This document shows, in pieces, positions 16,560-27,185 of a stretch of 64,000 bases of DNA. The position numbers were made by a program, and so were the translations under genes. Within the stretch, counting starts at the first letter, position 1. Every line of letters begins with the position of its first letter. The DNA is from Myxococcales bacterium (lineage in GTDB: Bacteria; Desulfobacterota; Binatia; HRBIN30): assembly GCA_037445065.1 (NCBI GenBank), contig JBBILD010000003.1:64001-128000 (forward strand). Reading direction: 5' to 3'. Under the pieces are notes generated by a model. The model was not told where the DNA came from, did no database searches, and saw only the letters and a program-made list of their open reading frames with translations.

Positions 16560-17850
16560 CGGGGATGCGGTCGGTCTGGGTTTGCGGGATTCCGCGCAAG
16601 TGGTGGTTCTCGATGGCGACACGAATTCGGTCGTCAGCACAATTTCCCCCCTCACTGCCACGCGCCCTGGCCGCAACCCCGGATGGCCGCCACGTGATGG
16701 TTTTTCTGGGCGACGCTTCCCCCGGGTTGATCCGAACCGAGGCCGACGTACTGGCGGGCACCGTGCTCCTGTCTGGTGGGTCGTGCACCTCCGGCATCAG
16801 TCCGGACTCCGAGTGGGTTTACTTGGCGACGGTAGCCGGTCTCTGCGCGGGGGGCCGGTGTGGTGTGGTGGAGGCCGTGGGCGTAAATAGTCTGCGCGTT
16901 ACCGCCACCGTACCCATTCGGCAGCCGAGCAGCCCTTGCGACCTCGCCGTAACCCCCGATGGTAGCCGCGTCCTGGTCATGCATAAGGACGGGGTTTCCG
17001 TTTCTCCCTCGACACAGCGACCTTAGAGTTCGGTACCCCTTTGGTCCTGCCGTGCTGCCCGATCTGTTTTATCCGCGCCAACGCCGATGGCGCCCGCTTC
17101 CAGATCGGGTACGGGGACGTGTGGGTCTCCGGTTTCCACGGTCGCGATGTAAACACGCTGGTGTGCCGAGATGTGATCCGTTCGAAGGCGGAGCTGGCTA
17201 CTTGTCCATCTCCCCGGACGGAACGCGGGTGTACCTTCCGGTTCTGCTTCCGCGGACATGCCAAGTACGGTTGCTGGCCTTCGACATAGCGCGAGGGTCC
17301 ATCGCTGGCGTTCTGGGTCTGCCCATGGAAACGCCGGGTGTGAGCGCCGCTAGCATTCTCGCCTTGAGCCCCGAGGGAGCCCGCGCGTATGTGCAGTCCG
17401 TGGGGCCGTCTAACCTGCTGGTCATCAACACCGTTTCCAACCGTATCGCGGCCAGCTTGCTTCTCTTGGTGGGCCGCTTCGTCTTGAGCAGCGACTCGAG
17501 GCGTGCCCACGCGGCCGGCCCCGATTCCCTTCTTCGCCATCGATACGGCGTCGAACGAGGTCGCGACTGCACTCCCGCTCTCGGTTGGGGGCATGGCGCT
17601 GGTTGACTCCACGGCTCCGCCAAGTGCGAGTCCAACGCAGACGTCGACGCGGACGGTTACCCCCTACGATCGCCGTGACGGGCACCTCGACCCCGCCGCC
17701 GCCCGCAACGCACACACTGGCTGTCGGGCGGGGATGTTCGGGCGGCTACTCGGTGCTGCCCGATCCCCCCAACGCGCTCGCGCCGTTTCTCTACTACGGC
17801 TTTGTAGTGATCGTAGCCGGGCGTTGCCGGCCCTGGGTAAGGAGGCAGGC
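16560..17850 (+). pseudogene. Frameshifted YVTN-type beta-propeller secreted protein with Pro/Thr linker and degenerate C-terminal membrane anchor
   Basis: Fragments in alternating frames: VVVLDGDTNSVVSTI, LAATPDGRHV, ISPDSEWVYL, LAVTPDGSRVLV, ISPDGTRVYL, LSPEGARAYV, VINTVSNRIAA, AIDTASNEVAT, then PSASPTQT and GRGCSGG...FLYYGFVVIVAGRCRPWVRR; boundaries approximate. Confidence 0.8.
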
Positions 17851-17879
17851 GCAGGTCGAGGCTGCGCCGGCGGGAGCAG

Positions 17880-19935
17880 TTGGTTGCGCCTTTTGGGGCT
17901 TCGGACCTTTCTTGTCCTGCGCGCCGACGGGCCGGCGCTGGCCCAGGAACCGGTTACGGTTCTTGCCGATTCCGTTTTCCTGCTGAGGACCACTCTCACG
18001 GGAGCCCACGCCGATTCGGAAGGGATCTCGACGTTGCGTAGCAGCCAGGTGCCGTGCACCGCACACCCCCCCTCACGGTGGAGCAGTCCGTGGTGCTCGC
18101 GCTCGAACCGTAGGCTCCCTGCGCCCCTGCCATTACGCAGTACCGAATCGATGAGGCTCTCATTGTCCCGATGCCTTCCTAGAGCACGAGACGGTTTCGG
18201 GGCTCGGTGATTGGATACCCGGTTTCAATCGGCTAGCTGGCAGCAGAACCGGAGACAGTGAGTGGCGCGGCAAGCACTGGCGGAGCCGCCTACCTCATTC
18301 GGCCGCACGAAGGATCGATGGGACCGGGCGGCCACGTCATCGATAGCGCGCCGCTGCCGGCAGAGAACACGGGTCCGCCCCTGTCGCTGCCGGAGAATGC
18401 GTTCAATGCGCCACCAATCTTCCCGCCTGCGGTGTGAGTGCAATCGGTAACTGCCCGAGCGGCACGGCACGCCTGGGCAGGCTCCGGGCGGAACTCGCCC
18501 TCGCTGTCACTGGTGGCTTCACGGCGCAGTTTCCGCCCTCGACAGACCGCCGCGAAGTGATTGAGGTCGTCTGCTGTGCTGTTGACGCTGTTTCGGAAAT
18601 CTCTACGCGCGAGGTTGATGCGGAGTTCCTGGTCAAGTCCGTTCAGATCTGGACGATGAACGCCACCGTGCTGCCACCCAGCGGCCGGCAATACACGGCG
18701 CAGGACTTTCAGGACCACTGGCGGCCGAGTGTGGGAAAAGCCAGCGCGATGCCGTCTTCGGCTTTTGGCCCGGTGGGTCGAGCGGGGCGCACGTGAACGT
18801 TACGGGTCTGGGGGTTCCCGGTGCCTTGCCGGGAGACGCGGACACGGCGGTGGAGTTGGCGGGAGCAGATGACTTCGTGGCTATCCGCAGGACGTTCGCT
18901 TTGTTGCAATTGTCGGGTTCGTTCTCGATCGAGCTGTGGGTGAAGCTGACCGCCACCTCCCAGTCCGACAAGTACCTGCTCAACAAGGGCAACCACTACG
19001 CCGTGCTGTACGGGTAGGTGCTGAATGCTGGAGTTGTCTGCCGGCGAGGGCACGTTCACCGGTAGCGACCCGCGCCCGTACCGCGCCATTCCGGCGGAGG
19101 ACACATCTCGGCATCACATCGTCTACGCGTACGATTAATGAGAACAGGGACTGTTTTAGCGGTACAAGGATTGCCCGCCGGTCGAGCCCACTCCTGCTGC
19201 GCTGCGCTTTTCCCTGGGAAGCACGAGCGAGGATTTGATCCTGGGTGGGGCTGGTCCGGGCTAGCTCAACAACGTCCATGCAGTACTGGATGAGGTGGCC
19301 GTGTGTCAGCGCTGAGTGCGAGCGAGGTGCGGGTGCGCTACCGGGCCAAGCGTTGCGGCGGCTGTGGCGAGTCGCAGCCTTGCTCGAGGGTCGGTCGGTT
19401 GCCGGTGGGTGATGCGTAAGTGGAGTCCATCCGCAACAAAGCGAACTTCGGTACCGACACCGACCTGCACGTTGGCACTTCGGCGACCGCGAAGGGACAG
19501 CCTGAGCCGAACAAGCACCGCGCACTGCCTGCTTTTGGCCTTGCCCAGACCTTGCCGAGTGGGGCCTCCGTCGTGGAGGCGTGGCTGCACCTTTCTCTCT
19601 CCGCGCTGTTTGTCGGCTCGGACTTGCCGGGATTCGCGGTGTATCGGAACGAGCAGGACTTTGCGGAGGCGCTAGTCACGTGGAGCAACCAGCCTCCCGC
19701 CAGCTCGGTGCCGGCACCGGTGGCGCGGCTAATCCAGCCCGCCGCGGCAGGATGAACGGCGCTGGAAGTCACCAGCCTCGTTGCCGACTGCTGGCAGCTC
19801 CGCTCTGGCCAGTGCTCCTGGCAGGTGCGCTGGCTGAACGAGGTGGACGACGTCAGCGCGGGGATGTGGCTGGCGAGCCGCGAAGCCCCAGGCGCGGGCC
19901 AGCGCCCGTACCTGGAAGTCTTCTATCGGCTGCCG
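17880..19935 (+). pseudogene. Degraded secreted protein with LamG/concanavalin-like and DNRLRE-like domains
   Basis: Signal-like ...GPALAQ; GVPGALPGDADTAVEL..DDFV..SFSIELWVK..HHIVYAYD..LDEVAV (LamG-like); ANFGTDTDLHVG..RAL..F..LPSGASVVEAWLHL..VTWSNQP..SREA..RPYLEV (DNRLRE-like); several stops and frameshifts; boundaries approximate. Confidence 0.7.
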
Positions 19936-20082
19936 AGCGCATTGGTCTGGCAAGTCACGGGGGTGCCTCGGAGGCTCGGCGAAGTCGGTGCGAGGCCTGG
20001 AATGCGCCAGGAGGTGAAGCCGTGAAGGGGCGAGAGGGTCTTCCTGATGCGGGCTGTTACATTGCTGCGCTGTGCACGGGTG

Positions 20083-20690
20083 GGGCTGGTTCCCGCATCG
20101 CGCATGCTGGGAGTGGCGACCGATGGGGCGTGCGGGAGGTGATCGCCGGAGACGAAGCCGAGCTGGTCCCCTTGATGCGCGCGTGTGTGGAAGGCGAGCA
20201 GGCGTTCCACGGGCGCTGCAATGGCGCTGTGTGGGACCTGGCTTGGGCTGAGTCGGTGGTCACCGCACGCAAGCGCTAGCTCGTGCTGAGCCTCGATGGC
20301 CACATCGTGGGCTTTTTCGATTTGCCGGGGCGGGTACCTGAACCGTTCGGAGAGCCGATTGTGGATCGTTACGCCTGCTCGTTCTGGTGCGCGGCGGTCG
20401 GCGTGCGTCTGGACCAACTGGGAAAAGAGTTGGCCGTTCGCGCGTTTTGGTACCGCGCGTATCACGCCTTCCTGGCCGCGCCTGCGCGCGGGTACGAGTA
20501 TCTGGGGGCGAGCGTGCCGTGGGACCAGCACCCGTATCTGCCCAAGCCGTTTGCCGAGTACGCGAGCGTCGTTGCGTGCAAACCGATGGTAGACGGCGAG
20601 GGCAACGGGCGGTTTTTGCTCAAATGCAAGCTTACCCAGGCTCTCGAAACTCTCGTGAGCGAGGGAGCCAGTTCGCCCCTGCCTTCTTGA
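20083..20690 (+). pseudogene. Hypothetical GNAT-like protein interrupted by an in-frame TAG
   Basis: ORF ending 20279 (VREVIAGDEAELVPLMRAC) and ORF 20283-20690 (VLSLDGHIVGF) are in the same frame, separated by one stop; start approximate. Confidence 0.5.
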
Positions 20691-21200
20691 GTCCGGCCAG
20701 GCGGCCGGGCCGGCTGCGGCGGGGCCAAGCACCGCGGGCGGTGCGGCTGCGCGATGGAGGCGTGAGGCGCAGCCCATTCGTTGCTGGTGTTGCGCACCCG
20801 GGCGCCCGGCAGAACTTGCTGCGTACTGCCGCCCGAAATGGGCCTGTTCTGCAGCGCACGACTTGGGGGTTGGCTCTCGGCGCGCGCCCTACAGATCATG
20901 GAAGCGCGCGGTCACATCCAGGATTGCCGAGAAGAAGTTTCGGTCCTTGCGGCAGGCTTCGCTGCGGAGCCTCGGCGACGAGCGGCCTCAGTGACAAGAG
21001 CCTTAGGCCGAGCGCAAGCCCGGCTGAGGACGGTCGCTCTGCCTCGCGTTTCGGTCGCGGGCGAGAAAACGGTCTTTCGAGAAGGGCGGGACGGGTCTCA
21101 CCAAGGGTAAGGCCTCGCCGGTCTCCGCTCACAGCCGGGCGGTGGGGGTGCGATCCGGCAACTTGCGCGGTGGGGAGGCCAGCAGTAGGGAAGGTAGTTC

Positions 21201-21608
21201 ATGAACCAACGGCGGCTGCGGATTTTGGTGGCCAAACCGGGGCTCGACGGCCATGATCGGGGCGCAAAAATCATCGCGCGGGCACTGCGCGATGCAGGCT
21301 TCGAGGTCATTTACACCGGCTTGCACCAGACTCCGGAAATGATCGTCGAGACGGCGATCCAGGAAGACGTGGATGCGATTGGGCTGAGCATTTTGTCCGG
21401 CGCGCATATGACGTTGTTCCCGGACGTACTGCGCTTGCTGGCGGAAAAGGGCGTCGAGGACATCCCAGTGTTCGGCGGCGGGATCATCCCTCCAGAAGAT
21501 GCACGCGAACTCAAGGCCTTGGGAGTGCGCGAGATCTTCACACCCGGTGCCTCGATTCAAGAAATCGTGGACTGGGTGAGAACGCATCTACGGCCGCGCA
21601 GCGAGTGA
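21201..21608 (+). CDS. icmB: Cobalamin-binding small subunit of acyl-CoA mutase
   Basis: [13 protein letters not shown] (DxHxxG), [23 protein letters not shown]. Confidence 0.88.
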   Translation: MNQRRLRILVAKPGLDGHDRGAKIIARALRDAGFEVIYTGLHQTPEMIVETAIQEDVDAIGLSILSGAHMTLFPDVLRLLAEKGVEDIPVFGGGIIPPEDARELKALGVREIFTPGASIQEIVDWVRTHLRPRSE

Positions 21609-21620
21609 CAAGAGCAGGCG

Positions 21621-22829
21621 ATGCCAGTCAGGGAGGGCGAGCAGTGGGCGGTGATCATCGTTGGTGCTGGTCCGGCTGGCAGTGCGACCGCCCTCCACCT
21701 CGTGCGCCGCGCTCCGGGGCTAGCTGGCCGCGTGCTGCTGCTCGACAAAGCCGTTCATCCTCGCCCGAAAGTCTGTGCTGGCGGGCTCATTCCGGCGACC
21801 ATGGAGAACCTCGCCGAGTTGGGGCTCGACTGCGCGGTGCCGCACACGGTGGTTGCAGAGGCCCGCGTGTACATGCCGCACGGAGTGGTCGAGTATCGGC
21901 GGCCTTCGCTTTGTACGATTGTGCGGCGCGCGGAATTCGATGCCCTGTTGGTGGAATCCTGTGTGCGTCAGGGCATCCGTTACCAGGGTGGCGAGAAAGT
22001 CGAGGCGCTTTCGCGCGCTCCTGGAGCGGTCGTGGTGGAAACGAGCCGTGCCCGTTATCGCGCCCAAGTGTTGGTCGGGGCGGACGGCTCAGGGAGCCTC
22101 GTGCGCCGCTCGCTGTTGCCCGCTGCCAAGGACCACATCGGCCGCGCCGTGATGGTGGACGTACCCCTCGACCGGGTTCGCTGGGACGGGTGGCCGAGTC
22201 GCTTCGACTTCGATTTCCGCGACGTTCCGCGCGGGCTTCCGGGGTATGGCTGGATCTTCCCTTGTTGGATCGGGGGTAGGCCGCACGTGAACGTCGGTGT
22301 GTACTCGCTGCGCAGCGCGCACTCTGGCGCGCTCATGCGCGCCTGCCTCGACCGCGTGTTGCAGTCGCTTGCGGCACCCACAGAAGTACGCAGACAAGCG
22401 GCTCCGATCCGCTGGTACGCAGGGCGCCCGCAGGTGGCCGGGGAGCGGGTCTTGCTGGTCGGCGACGCTGCGGGAGTGGATGCGCTGCTCGGCGAGGGGA
22501 TTTCGTATGCTTTGGAGTCGGGACGCTGGGCGGCGGCTGCCATCGAGCGAGCGCTTGCGGAACATTCGTACGAATTTTCTTGGGCCGCACGCGAACTGCA
22601 CGAGAGTTGGATGGGCCGCAAGCTGCGCCGCTTGGCGTGGCTGGCGCGTTTGCTGTACGGACCTTCGCATCGCGCGTGGTTTGCTCTCGCTGCACGGAGC
22701 GCGCTGGCGCGAGAATTGGGGGTGCGCTGGTACAACGGGATCGGAGGCTGGGACCGGCGACGCGGGCGCGAGGCTCTGCGGTTGTGGTTGCGCGGCGCTT
22801 TGCCCTCGATGCTCGAGCTGGGAAGCTAA
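21621..22829 (+). CDS. Geranylgeranyl reductase-family FAD-dependent oxidoreductase
   Basis: IVGAGPAGS, PRPKVCAGG, RRAEFDALL, VGADGSGS, GYGWIFP, LVGDAAG..GEGISYA. Confidence 0.88.
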   Translation: MPVREGEQWAVIIVGAGPAGSATALHLVRRAPGLAGRVLLLDKAVHPRPKVCAGGLIPATMENLAELGLDCAVPHTVVAEARVYMPHGVVEYRRPSLCTIVRRAEFDALLVESCVRQGIRYQGGEKVEALSRAPGAVVVETSRARYRAQVLVGADGSGSLVRRSLLPAAKDHIGRAVMVDVPLDRVRWDGWPSRFDFDFRDVPRGLPGYGWIFPCWIGGRPHVNVGVYSLRSAHSGALMRACLDRVLQSLAAPTEVRRQAAPIRWYAGRPQVAGERVLLVGDAAGVDALLGEGISYALESGRWAAAAIERALAEHSYEFSWAARELHESWMGRKLRRLAWLARLLYGPSHRAWFALAARSALARELGVRWYNGIGGWDRRRGREALRLWLRGALPSMLELGS

Positions 22830-22860
22830 GCGGACAACCGAACGGGAAGGAGGATTCTGC

Positions 22861-23844
22861 ATGCATGGGATCAAATTCGCGGCAGTGCTGCCGCTCGAAG
22901 ATTTCCGGGCCGCGCGGCGGGTCGCGGAAACGGCAGAAGACAGTGGTTTTTACGCAGTTGCCGGCGAGGACCACTTTTTTGTCACCGGCCTCATGGGCCA
23001 GGACCGCTTCCAGCCGCGGCTCGAGTGCTTTACCTTGCTGAGCGCGTTGGCACCGCTCACCGAGCGGCTCAAACTCACGCAAATCGTGGCCGCGAATCCG
23101 TTTCGCCACCCAGCGCTCACGGCCAAGATCGCGAGTTCGCTGCATCACATTACCGGTGGGCGCGTAGAGTTGGGTCTCGGGGCAGGTTGGTTTCGCGAAG
23201 AGTACGATGCCTTTGGATTGCCATACCCGCCACCGCAGGAAAGAGTCGCCCAACTCGGTGAAGCCGTTGCGATCATCCGGAAGTTATGGACGGAGAAGGA
23301 AACGAGCTTTGCCGGGCAGTACTACCGTCTCGAACGGGCGCCGCACGAGCCGAAGCCGGCGCCGCAGCCGCGCCTGATGCTGGGTGGTGGCGGCCGTCCG
23401 ATCGTTCGCCTCGCGGCGCGCGAGGCCGATATCCTCAATCTCATTCCGCCGGTTGGCGGCGCGCGCGGCAAGATCGTGATGGAGGAGACGGTGAAGTTCG
23501 ACCTGGCGGCGTTTGCGCGCCGAGTCGCCTGGCTCGAAGAAGAATGCCGCATCATCGGGCGCGATCCCGCCGAAATCGAACTGTCCGCCATGGTCTACGT
23601 GGCCTTGGGTGAAAGCCGCAGCGAAGCGGACATGTTCGTTCAGGCCATGGCGCAAACCCTGGGAGTGAGCGACCTCGCCGCCGTGTACCGCTCGCCGAAC
23701 ACGCTGGTGGGGACAGCGGAACAGATCGTCGAGGAGATCCAGCGCCGGCACGCGGAACACCGGATCAGTTACTACTTTTGCAACTTCCTCGCTCCCGCCA
23801 TGTTCGAGCGATTCTGCCGCGAGGTGGTGGCGAAGTTGGTGTGA
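22861..23844 (+). CDS. LLM-class (probably F420-dependent) oxidoreductase
   Basis: EDHF, NPFRHPALTAK, GGRVELGLGAGWFREEYDAFG; GGAGG RBS before ATG 22861. Confidence 0.9.
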   Translation: MHGIKFAAVLPLEDFRAARRVAETAEDSGFYAVAGEDHFFVTGLMGQDRFQPRLECFTLLSALAPLTERLKLTQIVAANPFRHPALTAKIASSLHHITGGRVELGLGAGWFREEYDAFGLPYPPPQERVAQLGEAVAIIRKLWTEKETSFAGQYYRLERAPHEPKPAPQPRLMLGGGGRPIVRLAAREADILNLIPPVGGARGKIVMEETVKFDLAAFARRVAWLEEECRIIGRDPAEIELSAMVYVALGESRSEADMFVQAMAQTLGVSDLAAVYRSPNTLVGTAEQIVEEIQRRHAEHRISYYFCNFLAPAMFERFCREVVAKLV

Positions 23845-24656
23845 AGTCGGGGAGGGACGGGGGTTTGTTCGACGATCTCGGCGTGCCGGTTGCACTCGAA
23901 CCACCTGCGACGCGGATCGTGAGTTTAGTTCCGAGTCTAACCGAGCTTTTGTTTTCGCTCGGCGTGGGTAAAAACGTCGTCGGCATCACCCGTTACTGTA
24001 CCGAGCCGGCCGCAGTGGTGGACCGCCTACCCAGGGTGGGCGGGACCAAAAACCCGAATCTTGCTGCCATCCGCGCCCTGGCGCCGGACTTGGTGGTGGC
24101 GAACGCGGAGGAGAATCGCGCGGCGGACGTGGAAAAGCTCCGCCATGCCGGCCTGCGCGTGTTCGTGTCTTACCCGCGCCGGGTGCGGGAGCTGCCCGGG
24201 CTCATGCGCCGCCTGGGGCAGCTTACCGCCGCGCACGCGGCGGCGGAGCAGCTCGCCGCGGAACTCGAGGAACGGATGGCGAGAATTCACCTCGGGGGCC
24301 ACTGCCGGGTCTTTGTCCCGATCTGGCGGAACCCGTGGATGAGTGTCGGCGCGGACACCTTCGCCGCGGACCTGCTTGCGCTGTGCGGCGGGCAGAACGT
24401 TTGCGCCAGTGCTCCCGGACGCTACCCAGAAGTGGCACTCGAGCAAGTGCGAGACGCCGACCCGGAAGTCATTCTGCTTCCCGACGAGCCGTACCGGTTC
24501 GAGCGTAAGCACCTGCCGAGCTTGCAGCCCTTGGCTGCGACGCGCGCCTGGCGGCGAGGCGCGGTGTACTTCATTGATGGCAAGGCGCTCACTTGGTTCG
24601 GTCCACGCACAGCCGGCGCGATTCGTTACTTGCAGGGGCTGCTGCAAGCTTGCTGA
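23841..24656 (+). CDS. Helical-backbone metal/cobalamin-binding protein (BtuF-like)
   Basis: RIVSLVPSLTELLFSLG, VGGTKNP, PDLVVANAEEN, LPDEPYRF, IDGKALTWFGPR; GTGA overlap with the upstream stop. Confidence 0.85.
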   Translation: MKSGRDGGLFDDLGVPVALEPPATRIVSLVPSLTELLFSLGVGKNVVGITRYCTEPAAVVDRLPRVGGTKNPNLAAIRALAPDLVVANAEENRAADVEKLRHAGLRVFVSYPRRVRELPGLMRRLGQLTAAHAAAEQLAAELEERMARIHLGGHCRVFVPIWRNPWMSVGADTFAADLLALCGGQNVCASAPGRYPEVALEQVRDADPEVILLPDEPYRFERKHLPSLQPLAATRAWRRGAVYFIDGKALTWFGPRTAGAIRYLQGLLQAC

Positions 24657-24894
24657 TCTGCGAGGTCTCCGTGCTCGGCATCCCGGGGACGTGGCTCGTG
24701 AACGGAAAGCCGCGCCCTGGCTTGGATCGGAACCTGGTTCTGGGAACTTGCGGGCGCGGCGATGGTTCCGGCGCGCGCTCGCATGTGCGGCCGTCGGGGC
24801 AAGCGCCAGCGGGCATGGGTTCCGGAGCGTAGTTTGCACGTTGACTTGCCCCGCGCACTGGAGCATGCGGTGAGGTGCCCGGAGAGGGGGAACG

Positions 24895-26592
24895 ATGGTG
24901 GACAGGTGGGCTGACTGGCGGCTCGGTGCAGCCTGCCTCATCGTGTTTGCTCCCCGTCTCGCGCTCGCTTTTTCCAGTGGGATTACCGGTCTCACGACGA
25001 GTCCCGCAGGGTGTAACCAATGCCACTCGGGTGGGCAGGTGCCGGCCGTCACGTTGAGCGGGCCGACCACGGTGACACCCGGGTCCACGAACGAGTACGT
25101 GCTCGAGATCGCCCCAGTCGGTTCGCAGATTTGGGGTGGTCTCAACGCCGGTGCGAGCGCCGGCACCCTCTCGGTGGGTGGCGCCCATTCTTCCGGCACC
25201 AAGCTTTTGAATGGCGAGATCACGCACACGCAGCGCAAGGGCGGCGACGGGAATCCGATCCGCTTTTCGTTTTTGTGGACAGCGCCGACCACGGGCGGGG
25301 CGTTCGCTCTGCGGGCCTGGGGGAATGCAGTCAATGGCAATGGAGCAAATTCCGGCGACCGCGCCGCGTTCGCAAGCCTGAACGTGAATACAGGACCGAC
25401 TGCCCCGCCGACCGCAACCGTGACCCTCACGCCGACACCAAGCCCCACGAGTACCCGGACGCCGACCGCAACCCAGACCCTCCGCCCAACCTCCACCCCA
25501 ACGCCAACCGGAACCCTCACCGCAACGCCTTCTGCCAGTCCCACCCCGAGTGCAAGCCGGACGCCGAGCGCAACGCCGTCGCCGAGCGATACGCCGTCTC
25601 CGCTTCCGACAGTCACTGCTAGCCCAACGCCTTCGTCAACCAGCACCGGGACGGCAACGCCGAGCGTGTCGTTGACTCCGACGCGGACTGGGACGGCAAC
25701 GGCCAGTGCGTCTGTGACCTTTTCGCCGACCCGGTCTCCCTCGCCGAGTTCGACCGCGACGTTGTTGGCGAGCGCGACACCGACGCCGCGGGCTTCGGCC
25801 ACCGCGACGGACTCGGCGACCCCCAGCCGCTCTCCCACCCCGACCCCGAGCGTGTCGCCGAGTGCGAGTCCTTCGGCGACTCGCACGGCGACGGCCACGT
25901 TGCTCCCTACCGCAACCGCGTCGGCAAGCCGCACTGCCACGGCGCCAGCAAGCGCAACGCCTTCTGCCAGTCCCACCCCGAGTGCAAGCCGGACGCCGAG
26001 CGCAACGCCGTCGCCGAGCGATACGCCGTCTCCGCTTCCTACACTCATTGCTAGCCCAACGCCTTCGTTCACCAGCACCGGGACGGCAACGCCGAGCGTG
26101 TCGTTGACTCCGACGCGGACTGGGACGGCAACGGCCAGTGCGTCTGTGACCTTTTCACCGACCCGGTCTCCCTCGCCGACCTCGACCTTGTCGGCGAGCG
26201 CGACACCCACGCCGTCGGCGTCGGCCACCGCGACGGACTCGGCGACCCCGAGCCGCTCTCCCACCCCGACCCCGAGCGTGTCGCCGAGTGCGAGTCCTTC
26301 GGCGACTCGCACGGCGACGGCCACGTTGCTCCCTACCGCAACCCCTTCGCCAAGCCGCACTGCTACGGCCACCGCCACCGCCACCCGGAGTCCGCGGAGT
26401 TCGGCTTGTCCCGGCGATTGTGGCGGCGACGGAGAAGTTACCGTGGACGAGTTAGTGGTGCTGGTCAACATTGCGCTCGGAAGCATGCCGGTGGAAGCGT
26501 GTTTGGCCGGCGACACGAATGAAGACGGTGACATCACGATCGAGGAAATTCTGCGTGGGGTGAACGCTTCTCTGTTCGGATGCGGCACCTGA
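24895..26592 (+). CDS. Secreted protein: CxxCH Reeler-like domain, long Ser/Thr/Pro linker, dockerin-like C-terminus
   Basis: Signal peptide ending [53 protein letters not shown]...GDTNEDGDITIEEIL. Confidence 0.88.
   Translation: MVDRWADWRLGAACLIVFAPRLALAFSSGITGLTTSPAGCNQCHSGGQVPAVTLSGPTTVTPGSTNEYVLEIAPVGSQIWGGLNAGASAGTLSVGGAHSSGTKLLNGEITHTQRKGGDGNPIRFSFLWTAPTTGGAFALRAWGNAVNGNGANSGDRAAFASLNVNTGPTAPPTATVTLTPTPSPTSTRTPTATQTLRPTSTPTPTGTLTATPSASPTPSASRTPSATPSPSDTPSPLPTVTASPTPSSTSTGTATPSVSLTPTRTGTATASASVTFSPTRSPSPSSTATLLASATPTPRASATATDSATPSRSPTPTPSVSPSASPSATRTATATLLPTATASASRTATAPASATPSASPTPSASRTPSATPSPSDTPSPLPTLIASPTPSFTSTGTATPSVSLTPTRTGTATASASVTFSPTRSPSPTSTLSASATPTPSASATATDSATPSRSPTPTPSVSPSASPSATRTATATLLPTATPSPSRTATATATATRSPRSSACPGDCGGDGEVTVDELVVLVNIALGSMPVEACLAGDTNEDGDITIEEILRGVNASLFGCGT
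25521..26369 (+). repeat. In-frame tandem duplication (offset 432 bp) inside the linker-coding region
   Basis: cgcaacgccttctgccagtcccaccccgagtgcaagccggacgccgagc begins at 25521 and again at 25953; near-identity continues for about 420 bp. Confidence 0.92.
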
Positions 26593-27185
26593 GGTGAATG
26601 GTGAGGACGTCCCCGGGGGCATGTGAGCCACTCTGGGATGAAGCGGAAGCGGCAGCCGTGGCCAAGCCCCAGCGCACTGGGCAAGCCGGCGGTTCATCGG
26701 TGGAGTTAGAGTCGCGCAGCGACTTTCGTGACTTGAGGTAGTGCAGGACGTGCAGCGAGTGGTGGTACACCGCCGTGCAAGGTGGAGACCTCGAAGCGCT
26801 TCAGGGCAGCGTTGGCGCCGGTACGGGTTGCGGTTTGCGGGCAGGAAAAACGGCTGTCGCTCTCGCGTGTTGCTTCGTTGGGCGCCCGATGGAGGGCCGT
26901 ACCGTCCGTGCACGCAGTCGTTAACTGACTTGCGAAGATCCGCGTGGTGAGCCCGTATTCTCGCGCGTCATGCGCAGCGGCGCACGAGCTACGAGCCGGC
27001 TACGCAGTCTATTTGCGTTTTACTCTGCCTACCTTGGGCTGGCAGCCGCTCCGACGACCCAGCGCTCGCGTTCAGACAGGGCATACCCACGTCGTTGCGT
27101 GCCAGCGCAAGCTCGCAGATGCGGACAGGTTTGTTGACTCATCCAGTCCACGAGTGCAGACTCGGTCCGCGGGAGGGTTCTGGCC

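Noticed and set aside
19753..20279. Selenocysteine/pyrrolysine or alternative genetic code
   Set aside because: The stops lie in a region that also has frameshifts, the TGA sits at an expected Trp, and intact genes end in TGA and TAG normally
25400..26400. Repetitive DNA as a possible CRISPR array
   Set aside because: No constant repeat with unique spacers; the repeats are codons of a Pro/Thr linker and no cas genes are present
24027..26684. 885-aa minus-strand ORF rich in V/G/A
   Set aside because: Antisense shadow of the Thr/Pro/Ser linker gene; the plus-strand ORF has a signal peptide and recognisable domains
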